DNA of 64,000 nt from Planctomycetota bacterium (GTDB lineage: Bacteria; Planctomycetota; B15-G4), in contig JBBQUR010000003.1 in NCBI GenBank assembly GCA_038212275.1, forward strand, positions 192,001 to 256,000, given 5' to 3'. Position numbers and translations under genes: made by a program. Of the stretch, positions 8,187 to 19,100 are shown in pieces. The notes below the pieces were generated by a model that saw nothing but the letters and a program-made list of their open reading frames with translations, ran no database searches and was not told where the DNA came from. Positions within the stretch are counted from its first letter, which is position 1. Every line of letters begins with the position of its first letter.

Positions 8187-10259
8187 TCAGTGGCCGCCGA
8201 CAGCGGGGGATGAGACTTCCCCGGACGGCGCCCGACCGGGGGAAGAAGCGTCGGTGAGCGCTGACTGAAGCACGTGTCCATCCATGCCGAGCGGGCCTTG
8301 ATTGCCTTTGTCGTGCTTGCCGGCGTCTCCCGCGCCGCCCGCCGGAATCAGCCCGACGAGCGACGCCAGCGTGGGCGCGATGTCCATCGGTGCAGCGGGG
8401 CCGGGGCGGATGCCCGGCGCGATGCCGGCGCCGTAGAAGATGAGCGGCACGTCGCGGTCTTCGGGATGGTGGGTGCCGTGGTCGGCGGCCACGTCGCGCG
8501 CCAGCAGCGTGCCGTGCGTCACCAGGAACAGCACGTCGCCGGAGCGCGTCGGATGGACGTCGGCGGCCAGCGCGCGCAGGTCGGGATTCGCGCCGTCATC
8601 GGCGAGCGCCGCGGCCAGTTCCGCGCGCGTCGCGGCCAGCTCGATGCCGGGCAGGGCCGACAACTCATAGGCGACGGCGTCCGCAAGCTCCGCCACGCTG
8701 TGCCCCGAGGCGAGGCAGGCGTCGCGATCGATCCACACCGACGGCTTGAGCAGCGCGGAGATCCAGTGGCGCGAGGGGGCGGCGGCATCGGCGCTGGCGC
8801 CAGCGGCATCGGCACCCGTCGCATCGGCGCCCGTGGCATCGGCGATGGTGCCGGCGGACTCGACGGGCGGCGCACCGCCGGCGTCGCCGGGCATCACCGC
8901 AGGCATGAGTGCGGGCGGCGCGCCGAGCACGAGCTGCAGCGCCGCTTCGAGCCGCGCGCGCAGCTCCTCCTGCGTCATGCGCAGGCTGCCGCTTTGTTCG
9001 GGCAGGTCGCCGACGCCGTGGTCGGACGTGAGCGCGAGCGTCCAGCGGCCGGCGCCCACGTCTTCGTCGAGCAGCGCCATGAGTTCCGCGAGGCGGCGGT
9101 CCAGCGCGAGGAACATCTCCAGCACTTCCTGGCTGCGCGGGCCGAAGTCGTGGCCGGTGTAGTCCAGCCCGGAGAAGCCGACGCAGAGCAGGTCGGGCGT
9201 GTCGTCGCGGCCGAGAGGCTCGTGCGCCAGCGCCTCGCGCACGGCGGCGAGCACCTCGAGGTCGGCGGCGGGCGTGCCGGCGAGCAGCCGGCACAGCGGC
9301 CGCAGCGAGCCGCCGCGCGACGCCGGCTCCGCGTGCGGCATCTGATGCGGGAAGACGGGGCGCGTGCCCGGATCGAAGGACTCGCCGGGCGCATCGTCGA
9401 TGCCCGAGAACTCCGTCGCCCGCTGCTCGTCGAGCGTGCGCTCCCACACGCTGTCGGAGGCCGAGGCGAGGTCGCCGCGCGCGTTGAGCGCGACGAGCCA
9501 GCGCGGCAGCGCGGGCCGCAGCGCGCTCGTCGTCACCCAGCTGCCGTTTTCGGACTCGATCCAGTAACTGCCGTCGCTGTCGTGGCCGCCCATGAGCAGC
9601 GCCGCGCGGTCCTTCCACGCGAAGCTGACGACGAGCGCCTCGCGGCCGAAGTGCGCTTTCAGCAGGTCGCCGAGCGTCGGGCGTTCGAGGCGGCGCGCGG
9701 AGACGCCGGCGGGGCGCAGGCCGGGCAGCGAGCCGACGAGCGTTGCGTCCGGATCGGCCACGCAGTAGGTGTGCACGCCGTCCTGCAGGAATTCGTTTTC
9801 CGGGATGCCGGCGCGCGCGGGCAAGCAGCCAGTGGCGATGGCCGCATGCCCCGGCGCCGTGGACGTGACGGTGTGCAGGTGCGCCGCGTCCGGAAACACC
9901 GCGCCCTCCGCGAGCAGGCGCCGGAAGCCGCCCTCGGGCAGCAGCGGCAGGAAGCGCTGCACGTATTCCGCGCGGCACTGGTCGATGCTCACGAGCACGA
10001 GCAGGCGCGGCCTCGGCGCGGCCTGCACCGGCGCGGCCTGCACCGGCGCGGCTTGCACCGGCGCGGACGTCGCCAACTCGGACGTCGCCGAGCTGACCCG
10101 CTCCGGAGCTCCGGCCTGCGTTGCGGGCGGCGTCTGGGCGCCGGCCGTCGCAGCCAGCAGCGCCATCAGCAGTGCCATGGAATGCGCCATGGAATACACC
10201 ATGCTCAGCACGATCGGTCGAAGGCGTCGTGGCAGCTGCATGCGCCGCAGTGTACGCAC
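8187..10259 (-). CDS. Alkaline phosphatase superfamily protein (PafA/NPP-like)
   Basis: Motifs SIDQ, TSTAPGHA (Thr nucleophile), KDRAA, DYTGHDFGP, TSDHG and DHG..DVPLIFYG. The true start is probably a downstream Met. Confidence 0.85.
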   Translation of the reverse strand: MRTLRRMQLPRRLRPIVLSMVYSMAHSMALLMALLAATAGAQTPPATQAGAPERVSSATSELATSAPVQAAPVQAAPVQAAPRPRLLVLVSIDQCRAEYVQRFLPLLPEGGFRRLLAEGAVFPDAAHLHTVTSTAPGHAAIATGCLPARAGIPENEFLQDGVHTYCVADPDATLVGSLPGLRPAGVSARRLERPTLGDLLKAHFGREALVVSFAWKDRAALLMGGHDSDGSYWIESENGSWVTTSALRPALPRWLVALNARGDLASASDSVWERTLDEQRATEFSGIDDAPGESFDPGTRPVFPHQMPHAEPASRGGSLRPLCRLLAGTPAADLEVLAAVREALAHEPLGRDDTPDLLCVGFSGLDYTGHDFGPRSQEVLEMFLALDRRLAELMALLDEDVGAGRWTLALTSDHGVGDLPEQSGSLRMTQEELRARLEAALQLVLGAPPALMPAVMPGDAGGAPPVESAGTIADATGADATGADAAGASADAAAPSRHWISALLKPSVWIDRDACLASGHSVAELADAVAYELSALPGIELAATRAELAAALADDGANPDLRALAADVHPTRSGDVLFLVTHGTLLARDVAADHGTHHPEDRDVPLIFYGAGIAPGIRPGPAAPMDIAPTLASLVGLIPAGGAGDAGKHDKGNQGPLGMDGHVLQSALTDASSPGRAPSGEVSSPAVGGH

Positions 10260-10268
10260 GGCGACGCT

Positions 10269-10997
10269 CTACCGATGGATGAGCGCGTCCTGCGTGATGC
10301 CCGGCGGCGCGGAGAGGACGCGGCCGGCGCCGCTTCCGTCGAAGGCCAGCTCGACCACGCCGTGATAGGGGACGAAGCGCGACATGGAGGTCGGCGCGTC
10401 CCAGCCGAGGAGTCGGCGCATGATGACGCGCACGACGTGGGCGTGGGTCACGACGACGACGCGGCGGCCTGCGTCCGCCGCCAGCACGCGCTCGAGCGCT
10501 TCGTGAACGCGTGCGGTGAAGGCGCTCTCGCGCTCGCCCTCGGGAGCGGCGTGCTGCTCCGGATCGGCGATCGAGAGGGCGAGTGCGCCGGGCCAGCGCG
10601 CCTCGACTTCGGCCTTCGTGAGGTGCGTCCAGAGGCCGCGGTGCATTTCGCGGAAGGCGGGATCGAGGACCAGCGGCGCGCCGCTGTGTTCCGCAAGCGC
10701 CTGCGCCAGGAGCGCGGCGCGCGACAGCGGGCTGCTGTAGACGCGCTCCGGTGCGCCGCGCGCCAGCTCCGCCGCGAGCAGCAGGCTGGCCTGCACGCCG
10801 TGCTCCGAGAGCGGAACTTCCGTGCCGCCGTAGAGCCTGCCCTTGTGCGCGGCGGCCACTTCGCCGTGCCGCACGAGGCAGACATGCGTCAGTTTGGCTC
10901 CGGAATGGCCGCGCGCCGCCGCCCCCTGCAGGGACGGCGGCGCGCTCTCGGATCGCCCGGCGCCCGGGGCGCCGTCGTTCGAGGGGCCGTCGCTCAC
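10269..10997 (-). CDS. Histidine phosphatase family protein
   Basis: Motifs [22 protein letters not shown] and VVTHAHV. GTGA overlap with the peroxiredoxin stop. Confidence 0.85.
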   Translation of the reverse strand: MSDGPSNDGAPGAGRSESAPPSLQGAAARGHSGAKLTHVCLVRHGEVAAAHKGRLYGGTEVPLSEHGVQASLLLAAELARGAPERVYSSPLSRAALLAQALAEHSGAPLVLDPAFREMHRGLWTHLTKAEVEARWPGALALSIADPEQHAAPEGERESAFTARVHEALERVLAADAGRRVVVVTHAHVVRVIMRRLLGWDAPTSMSRFVPYHGVVELAFDGSGAGRVLSAPPGITQDALIHR

Positions 10998-11641
10998 AGC
11001 GCGCCCGCGTTTTCCTTGAGGTACGCCGCGACGCCTTCCTTGCTGGCCTTCATTCCCTTCTTGGACTTGTCCCAGCCGGCCGGGCAGACCTCGCCATGCT
11101 TGGTGTGGAAGTCCAGCGCGTCGACCATGCGCAGCATCTCGTCGATGTTGCGGCCCAGCGGCAGGTCGTTCACCACCTGGTGGCGCACGATGCCCTTGGT
11201 GTCGATGAGGAAACTGCCGCGCAGCGCGACGGCGCCGCCCAGCGCGTAGTGGCTCGTGCCGTCCGTGTCGGTCACGCAGGAGTTGCCGATGAGGACGTCG
11301 TACTTCGCGGCGATGGTCTTGTTCAGGTCCGCGACGAGCGGGTAGTCGAGCTTGCCGATGCCGCCGTTCTCGATCGCGGTGTTGCTCCACGCGAGGTGCG
11401 TGAAGTGGCTGTCCACGGAGCAGCCGATGACCTGCGTGTTGCGCGACTTGAACTCGCCCGCGCGATGGTGGAACGCGATGATCTCGGACGGGCACACGAA
11501 GGTGAAGTCGAGCGGGTAGAAGAAGAGCACGACGTTCTTGCCGCGGTAGTCGCTGAGCTTGAAGTCGGCCTTGAAGCTGCCGTCCGGCATGAGTGCGGTG
11601 GCGGTGAAATCGGGGGCTTCCTTGGTCACGAGCACGGCCAT
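10994..11641 (-). CDS. ahpC: Typical 2-Cys peroxiredoxin (AhpC/Prx1)
   Basis: [14 protein letters not shown] and [16 protein letters not shown] upstream. Confidence 0.93.
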   Translation of the reverse strand: MAVLVTKEAPDFTATALMPDGSFKADFKLSDYRGKNVVLFFYPLDFTFVCPSEIIAFHHRAGEFKSRNTQVIGCSVDSHFTHLAWSNTAIENGGIGKLDYPLVADLNKTIAAKYDVLIGNSCVTDTDGTSHYALGGAVALRGSFLIDTKGIVRHQVVNDLPLGRNIDEMLRMVDALDFHTKHGEVCPAGWDKSKKGMKASKEGVAAYLKENAGAL

Positions 11642-11738
11642 GGTCTTCTCTCCTGAAGTTGTCGGTGATGAATCGGGAATGAAAGGGAACGGGATCGGTG
11701 CCTGGCGCCGCGGCGAGGCCCGCGGCGAGGTCGGGCGG

Positions 11739-12221
11739 TCAGCTCTTCTCGTCCTCGAACTGCTGGTGGGCAAGCCACTGCGGCAGGCCCAGCTCCTCGA
11801 TCTTGGCCAGCTGCGTCTCGAGCCAGTCGATGTGCTCCTCTTCGTCCACGAGGATGTGCTCGAAGAGTTCGCGCGTGCCGTGGTCGTTGTGCTGGAAGCA
11901 CGCGGCCAGCGACTCCTTGAGCACGTCGATGGCGCGGTATTCCAGCGCGAGGTCGGAGGCGAGCATCGCCTTCACGTCCTTGCCGACGGCGATCTTCTCG
12001 TACTTCGACATGTTCGGGGCGCCGTCGAAGAACAGGATGCGGTCGATGAGCTTGTCGGCGTGCCGCATCTCGTCCATCGACTCGTCCCACTCGAACTTTG
12101 CCACGCGCCCGTAGCCCCAGGCCTTCGCCATCTTGGAATGGAGGAAGTACTGGTTGATGCCGGTGAGCTCCATCGTGAGCACGTGCTGGAGCGCGGCGAG
12201 GATGTCGGGCGAGGTTTTCAT
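11739..12221 (-). CDS. bfr: Bacterioferritin
   Basis: [21 protein letters not shown] (haem Met), DLALE and [12 protein letters not shown]. Confidence 0.95.
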   Translation of the reverse strand: MKTSPDILAALQHVLTMELTGINQYFLHSKMAKAWGYGRVAKFEWDESMDEMRHADKLIDRILFFDGAPNMSKYEKIAVGKDVKAMLASDLALEYRAIDVLKESLAACFQHNDHGTRELFEHILVDEEEHIDWLETQLAKIEELGLPQWLAHQQFEDEKS

Positions 12222-12330
12222 GGCGCGGCGATCCAGGGGCGGATGGGGCTCTCCGCGGCGGTGAGCCACGAGTGCGCCCGGCCGGGCGCGTCTGCATAGC
12301 ACGAGCCGCGTGCCCGATGCCAGAACGAGG

Positions 12331-12366
12331 CAGGGGCGCGGACCCTGTGTCGGATCCGCGCCCCTG
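12331..12366 (-). terminator. GC-rich hairpin, putative terminator after the small lipoprotein gene
   Basis: Perfect 12-bp inverted repeat CAGGGGCGCGGA / TCCGCGCCCCTG; the U-tract is weak. Confidence 0.5.
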
Positions 12367-12422
12367 TCGGTGGCGCCGGAGGTCAGGCCGCGGAGCGACC
12401 GACCAGCGGTTGGCCAGCAGGC

Positions 12423-12665
12423 TCAGTTCTTCGGAGCTTCCTTGTCGCAGCAGGAGCCGGCAGCCGGCTTCTCGCAGTTCGCGGCCTCGTCCTTGGTGCA
12501 GTGGGCGGCCTGTTCAGCCGTGCACTCGCCGGACTTCTCGCAGGCCTTGGCGGAGGCATCGAAGCCGACCGAGGACTCCTCTGCAGCGGACGTGCTGGAG
12601 CTGGTGCAGCTGGTCATGGTGAGGGCGAGCACGAGGCTGGCGCAGACGGCAAGCTTGCGAAGCAT
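12423..12665 (-). CDS. Small Cys-rich lipoprotein
   Basis: Signal peptide with lipobox-like MTSC, then six Cys in the C-terminal ~40 aa. Coding-like codon usage and a GGAG RBS. Confidence 0.7.
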   Translation of the reverse strand: MLRKLAVCASLVLALTMTSCTSSSTSAAEESSVGFDASAKACEKSGECTAEQAAHCTKDEAANCEKPAAGSCCDKEAPKN

Positions 12666-12904
12666 GCGAGGGACTCCGATGAAGAAGAAGGAAGAAGGCA
12701 GGTGCGGACGATGGCCGGCACCCTGAGCGCCGACGAAGGCGGCAGCTTAGCACACTGGGGGGCAGGCGAGGGCTGGCGACGAGCTTGGAGGGGACGGCCG
12801 GACTCCATCCCGCGTGGAATCGCGCCGGCATTCCGGCAACACTCGGGACAGGTCAGGCGCCGGCTGCGGCCCCCGGGCTGCGAGCCTTTCTCCGAGGAAT
12901 CGCG

Positions 12905-14122
12905 ATGCCATCTGTCTCGTCCGCCCGCAGGGCCGCGCCCTCACCGCTCGCCGCGCACTGGGGTCTCGATCCGGACGTCACGTTCCTGAATCACGGATCC
13001 TACGGTGCGTGCCCGAAGGTGGTGCTTGCCGCGCAGCGCCGCTGGCAGGACCGACTCGAGTCGGAGCCGGTGCTCTTCATGGCGCGGGAGCTGGAGCCGT
13101 TGCTCGACGGCGTGCGCGCGGAGCTGGCGGCGTTCGTCGGGGCCGACCCCGAGGATCTCGTCCTCGTGAACAACGCCACGACCGGCGTGAACACCGTGCT
13201 GCGCTCGCTGCGGCTGGAGCCCGGCGATGAGCTGCTCACCACCAGCCAGGCCTACGGCGCGTGCCGCAATGCGCTCGAGGTGGTCGCGGCCGCCGCGGGG
13301 GCGCGCGTCGTCGTCGCTGCGGTGCCGTTTCCGATCGCGTCCGCCGAGCAGGCCGTGGCGGCCGTGCTGGCGGCGGTCACGCCGCGCACACGCCTGGCGC
13401 TGCTCGATCACGTCACCAGCCCGACCGGCCTGGTGCTCCCGATGGAGCGCCTCGTGCCCGAGCTTCAGGCTCGCGGCGTGGATTGCCTCGTCGATGGAGC
13501 GCACGCGCCCGGCATGCTGCCTCTGGACCTCCGCGCGCTGGGCGCCGCGTACTACACCGGCAACTGCCACAAGTGGATGTGCGCGCCGAAAGGCGTCGCG
13601 CTGCTGCACGTGCGGCGCGACCGGCAGGCCGGCGTGCGTCCGCTGGTCATCAGCCACGGCGCCACCGCGCCGCGCACCGATCGCAGCCGTTTTCAGCTTG
13701 AATTCGGCTGGACCGGCACCGACGACCCGTCCGCGCGCCTCGCGTTGCGCGACGTCATGACAGCCATGTCCGGGATGCTCCCCGGCGGCTGGCCCGCGGT
13801 GATGGCGGCCAATCACGCGCTGGTGCTCGCGGGCCGCGATGCGCTGTGCCGCGCGCTCGGCATCCCGGCGCCGGCGCCCGATGCGATGCTCGGCTCGCTG
13901 GCGAGCGTGCCCTTGCCCGACGCGCGGGGCTCCGCACCTGTCGGACCGCTCTTCCTGGACCCCGTGCAGCTCCGGCTGTGGGAACGGCACGGCATCGAGG
14001 TGCCTGTCTTCACCTGGCCACGCGCCGGCAAACGCCTGCTCCGCATCTCCGCGCAGCTCCACAACGCACCAGCCCAGTACGAGGCACTGGCCGCCGCCCT
14101 CCCGGAAGCCCTCCGAGCCTGA
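12905..14122 (+). CDS. Class V PLP enzyme (isopenicillin-N epimerase/EgtE-like C-S lyase family)
   Basis: Motifs FLNHGSYGACP, NATTG, DHVTSPTG, VDGAHAPG and NCHKW; GAGG RBS. Confidence 0.88.
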   Translation: MPSVSSARRAAPSPLAAHWGLDPDVTFLNHGSYGACPKVVLAAQRRWQDRLESEPVLFMARELEPLLDGVRAELAAFVGADPEDLVLVNNATTGVNTVLRSLRLEPGDELLTTSQAYGACRNALEVVAAAAGARVVVAAVPFPIASAEQAVAAVLAAVTPRTRLALLDHVTSPTGLVLPMERLVPELQARGVDCLVDGAHAPGMLPLDLRALGAAYYTGNCHKWMCAPKGVALLHVRRDRQAGVRPLVISHGATAPRTDRSRFQLEFGWTGTDDPSARLALRDVMTAMSGMLPGGWPAVMAANHALVLAGRDALCRALGIPAPAPDAMLGSLASVPLPDARGSAPVGPLFLDPVQLRLWERHGIEVPVFTWPRAGKRLLRISAQLHNAPAQYEALAAALPEALRA

Positions 14123-14505
14123 CCCGGCTCGGCCGCACACCGGCGGACCCGCACACGGGCAATGTCACATTCCAACAGGGCCACATATTGGCAGACCCGC
14201 GGATGTCGGCGGATGTCGGCGGATGTGTGATGTGCAGGCACTGCCTCAACATCACACACCCGTCGAGGCCGGGCGTGTCGAGCGTGGTCGGCTCATGAGG
14301 CAGGTGTCTCCGCACGACGCCGGGCCGCGCTCAGCGCCGGGGGCGCGGCGGGAAACTTGCCCGCTGTTCGCGCGGCAGAGGTATCGTGCGACCGCTCCGC
14401 CAGCCTCCGCCTCCTCGGCACCGGAGGACGGCCGGTCGAGCCAGCCGGCCGCACCCGACACCACCCGAACCCCAGCCCGCGGGGACGGCACCGGCGCATG
14501 GAGAC

Positions 14506-15243
14506 ATGAGCGTGGATCCCTCGCTCCTGGCACAGCGCGTGGCTTGCCTGCCCGGTTCCGAGGCATTGCCGTGCCTGCTCCATTTCGATCCGCGCGACGA
14601 CCTGCACCTCGATGAGGTGGCCTGCTTCCTGACCGAGCGCTTTCGCAGCGACAACGATGTGGAGGCGCTGGCGCTGCTCTTCGAGCTGGCCCATCGCCGC
14701 CTGCGCGAGATTGCCCGGCAGATCTGCCGGCAGCTCGCGGTGGCCGTCGATCCCGAAGACCTGGTCGCCGGATTCATGACCCACCTCTTCACCGACGTCC
14801 GCCGCCCGCAGCCCAGGGTGCGGCACTTTCTCGGGCTCGCGCACACCGCCATGCGCAACGACGCCCGCAACCAGCTGCGCCAGAGCGCGCGCGCCTGGCG
14901 CCGCAACCTCAGCTTCCACGCGACGCTGGCCCAGTCGGCCGACCCGTCGTGCGAGGCCGATGAGCGCGAGCAGGCGCGGGGCGTGGCGCGGCTCGGCATG
15001 TTCCTGCTCGTCGTCGTCGGCCAGAGCTTTCACAGGCTCTCGGCGCGCGACCGCCAGGCCCTGCTGCTGCGCGAGGTCGACGGGTTGAGCTACGAGGCGC
15101 TCGCGGAGGCGCTGTCGCTGCCGTCCAATCAGGTCGGCTGCGTGCTGCGCCGCGCGCGTGCGCGACTCATGCGGAGGATGGCCGCGACGCTGCTGATCGC
15201 CGATGACAGCGAACCCCGCGGGCGCCGATCGGAGGTGACATGA
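14506..15243 (+). CDS. ECF-type sigma-70 factor with N-terminal extension
   Basis: Region 2 DPEDLV..MRNDARNQLR and region 4 LSARDRQALLLREVDGLSYEALAEAL..VLRRARARL; GGAGA RBS. Confidence 0.8.
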   Translation: MSVDPSLLAQRVACLPGSEALPCLLHFDPRDDLHLDEVACFLTERFRSDNDVEALALLFELAHRRLREIARQICRQLAVAVDPEDLVAGFMTHLFTDVRRPQPRVRHFLGLAHTAMRNDARNQLRQSARAWRRNLSFHATLAQSADPSCEADEREQARGVARLGMFLLVVVGQSFHRLSARDRQALLLREVDGLSYEALAEALSLPSNQVGCVLRRARARLMRRMAATLLIADDSEPRGRRSEVT

Positions 15244-16085
15244 GCGACGACGATGAAAAGGAACGGCCTCTTGTCCGCGAGGCCCTCGGCTACCTCACGG
15301 GCGAGGGCCGCCCGCAGTCCGCCGCCGACTTGCTCGACGGCCTGTACGCGCGCTTCCGCGCCGCGGGCCGCGAGAAGCTCGCCGACCTCGTGTACGAAAT
15401 GACCAAGGCCTGCCTCGCGGCACTGCCGGACTTCTCCGTGCGCACGCTGCTGCACGACGAGCCGCGCACGCCCGAAGCGATCTCCGGCGAGTTGACCACG
15501 ATGTCCGAGTGCCTCGCCGGTGTGGACGAGCCGCCGGATCTGGCCTCCGTGGCGCGCCGCCGCCCCGAGGCGCCCGCGGCGCTGGCCGATGCGGACAAGT
15601 GCCTCGCGATCCTCGCACGCCTCGAGGGCGATTCGGGCCGGCAGCAGCTCGCCCTCGCCCTGTACGCAATTCACGCGCGGCAGCCCGCGCGCGCCGAGGC
15701 CCTGCTGCGCGAGCTGCTCGCACGGAAGAGCGAGCGGCCCGACGTGCTGCACATGGCCGACGTGAACCTCGCCTTCGCCCTGCTGCGGCAGGGACGCTAC
15801 GCGGAGGTCGTGCCGCTGGCGCGCGCGGCCGCCGTCCGATCTCCCGACGACCCGGTGCCGTGGTTCAACCTGCTGGCTGCCAGCGCGGAGCTGAACGATC
15901 GCGCCGGCTTCGAGGAGGGCGTGTCCGCGCTGGCCGCGCTGCAGGCGCGCACCGGCAGCACGCTCATCGCGCGCTGGTTCGAGCGCGACCTGCCGATGCT
16001 TGGCCGGCTGGCCGGGGTGCCGGGCAGCCGCTTGAAGGAACTCGCATCGTCGCCGGCGCCGGGAGCTGCGTCCGACGGCGACTGA
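15240..16085 (+). CDS. Soluble TPR-like protein coupled to the sigma factor
   Basis: ATGA overlap; TPR-like helices NLAFALLRQGRYAEVV..SPDDPVPWFNL. Confidence 0.7.
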   Translation: MSDDDEKERPLVREALGYLTGEGRPQSAADLLDGLYARFRAAGREKLADLVYEMTKACLAALPDFSVRTLLHDEPRTPEAISGELTTMSECLAGVDEPPDLASVARRRPEAPAALADADKCLAILARLEGDSGRQQLALALYAIHARQPARAEALLRELLARKSERPDVLHMADVNLAFALLRQGRYAEVVPLARAAAVRSPDDPVPWFNLLAASAELNDRAGFEEGVSALAALQARTGSTLIARWFERDLPMLGRLAGVPGSRLKELASSPAPGAASDGD

Positions 16086-16157
16086 GCTGCCGACGGCAGA
16101 GGGGCGGCACGAACGGCTATTCTCGGGGCCCGAATCCTGCCGGCCGCGAGACTCGCC

Positions 16158-19100
16158 ATGACACGCAACCACCCGACCCCGGGCAGCACCGCTGCCGACT
16201 CTCCTCGTCGTGAAGACCGCGCGGGCGCCGGCGGCAGGCGTCGTCGCTGGCCGTTCGTGGTGGGTGGGCTCGTCGTGCTGCTGATCGTGATCGTGCTCAT
16301 CGCGCCGATCATCGCGGCGAGCGTCGCGCGGGGCCGGATCGAGTCCGCCGTGGCCGACTCGCTCCACGCGACGGCCTCCGTCGGCGACCTGTCGCTGAGT
16401 CTCGGCGGCCACGTGCAGATGCGCGACTTCGCGCTCGCCGACACGGAGGGCCAGCCCGTGCTGACGCTCGCCGACCTGGACGTGCAGGCCGACGTGCTGG
16501 GCGCGATCTCCGGGAAGTACCGAGCGGATGTCGCGCTGCGTGGCGTGGTGCTGCACGTGCGCCAGCTCGCGGACGGCCGGCTCAATCTGGCCGCGCTGCC
16601 GCGCACGGCGCCCGTCGGCGCCGCCGACCGCACGTCCGACGCACGCGGCGCCAGCCGCACGCGCACGGGCAGCGGCGCGGAGGACACCGCAGGCCATGCG
16701 GCGAGCGGCGACGGCGGCGACACCCTCGCCGGCCCGCTGCCCGATGTCGGTGCGCACGTGCTGGTCGAGAATGCGACCGTCATCGTGCACGCGCCCGATG
16801 GTCGGACGACGCAGCTGGACAAGCTGAACCTGAAGTTCGACCTTCCGGGTCTCGAGCAGCCCGCCACCTTCGCGCTCGGTGCACAGCTCACCGGGCCTGC
16901 CGGGCCTGCCGGGCCTTTCGGAGCGGCGGGGGCGCTGCGGGCGGACGGCAGCGTCACGCTCGCGCACGGCGGTCGCATCGATCCGCAGCAGATCGCGGCG
17001 ACCCTCGACTATGCGCTGGAAAACCTCGCGCTGGCGGCGCTGCAACCTGCACTCGACACGGCGGCGAGCGGCGCGGTGCGCGACCTGCGCGGCACGCTCG
17101 CCGGCAGCGGCCACTGGACCGTGCAGGGACTCGGCCTGGTCAACGGAAAGACCGAAATCCGCGCCGACGGGCTGCACCTGCAGGGCGGCGCCGCCGACAG
17201 CCCGCCGCTGGACCTGCCCTCGCTCGTGCTCGCCGCAACGGCCTCGGTGGATGGTGAAGGCAGCGGCGTTCAGCTGCTGGAGCTGCGCGCCGGCGACGTG
17301 CTCGCGGTGCGCTGGGACGGCACCACGCAGCGGCTCGCGACGCCGGGCGGTTCGCTGTCGGGCAAGCTGGCGGTGGACAGCCGGCTCGGCGCTCTGCTCG
17401 CGCTGCTGCGCGAGCCGCTGGGATTGAAGCCCGGACTCGATGTCGGCGCGACGCTCGCGATCAAGAGCACGGTGGAGGCGGGCTTCGGCGCGGCGTCGCT
17501 GTCGAGTCTCGCCCTCACGTCCGAACTCACGCTGAAGGATGTCGCGGCGCGTGACGAGCGCGGCCAGCCGCTGGATCTGGGCGAGCTGACCTCGCTCGCC
17601 GCGGCACTCGATGGCCGCATGGACCTCGCCGCGGGACGCTTCGAGTTGTCGCGGATGACGCTGAAGGCCGGCCCGGTGCAGGCCTCCGCGCACGGCTCCG
17701 TGTCGGGGTTGCCCGTCGACGGCGCGGCCTTCGATGCCGGCAAGCTCTCCGTCGCGGACAGCGAGTTGCTGCTCGACGCGGACCTCGACCGGCTCGCCGG
17801 CACGCTCGGACACTTCATGGATCCGGGCGCGACGTCCTTCGGCGGCACGGTGCACGTGAAGGCCAGCGCGTCCACGACCGGTCGCCTGGTGGATGTCGTG
17901 AGCTCCGTGGAATTGGCGGGCCTGCGCCTCAGCGTGCCGCGCTCCGCGGAGGAAGCGGCGGCGGGCGCGGTGGCGCGCAGCGTCGGGCCGCTGGACCTGC
18001 ACTTCACGCAGGCTGAGCGCATCGATCTCTCGCCCGGCGGCGCCTTCGAGTTGTCGAGCATGACGCTGCGCTCGACCTTCGCGGAGCTCGACGGAAGCGG
18101 GAAGATCACGGAGGCCTTCGATGAGGCGCGCCGCGCCGGCAGCATCAAGCTTGCGCTGCGCCTGAAGCCCGGCGTCGCAAGCAGCCAGTTCGCCGGCCTG
18201 CTCGACGGCGCCTTGCTGGACGGCCAGGACGTGAGCGTCGACACGACGCTGCAGGTGCAGGCCTCGCGGATGGACGTCGTCGCAACGGTGCGGGCTCCGG
18301 CGCTCACGCTGCGCGGCGGCGCCGCCGAGGCCGAGACCCTGTCGCTCAGCGGCATCGCGCTGGACAGCGACCTCTCCTTCGATGCGCTCGCGCAGACGCT
18401 CGAGCTCAAGTCGCTGAAGCTGCAGGCGGGGCCGTCACACGCGGCGGACAAGGAACTGCCGGGACTCACGCTGACGGCGCGCGGCGCGTGGGACGGCGTA
18501 CGCGGCACCTTCGACCTGCCCGAGCTCGCGCTGCAATCGGGCGTGGCCAGCGGCGGCGGGAGTCTGTCCGTCGCCAATCTTTCGCAGCCGGACAAGGGCC
18601 TCGCCGTGCAGGCGGACGTCCGCTTTGCCGGCGATGTCGAGCCGGCGCGCGCGCTGCTCGCGGCCTTCGTGCCGGAACTTGCCGCCGCACGCGCCGCGGG
18701 TAGCTGGGACCTCACGTTGAAGGCCGACACGAGCGGCACGCTCACGCACGCCACGCCGCAGCTCGGGCTGCACGGCGTCACGCTGGACGGTTACGTCAGC
18801 AACGGAAAGGCGCTGCCGCTGAAGGACGTGGAGCTCGTGCTCGCCGCGGACCTCTCCGCCGACACGAGCAGCACCGGCAAGGCGACGCTCACGTCGCTCT
18901 CGCTGAAGGCGCCGGGCCTCACGCTCAAGGCCGACGGTCACGCCTCGGGCTACGCACAGCCCGTGTCCCTCGCGGCCCTCGACGCCCATGCGGTGGTCAG
19001 CCCGATTCCAGCCGGACTGCAGGCCGGCGTGCAGGCGGATTTCACGCTGCAGCCGCGCGAGCTGAGCGAGCGACTCGCGGCCTTCCTCGGCGGCCTGTCG

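Noticed and set aside
7982..8257. Small plus-strand ORF beginning MDAIAVRGCCPSC
   Set aside because: It overlaps the convergent phosphatase end and matches no recognisable family.
6786..14122. Beta-lactam resistance or biosynthesis inferred from the AmpC-like and CefD-like genes
   Set aside because: Both families are broad, the genes are unlinked, and no beta-lactam pathway genes are present.
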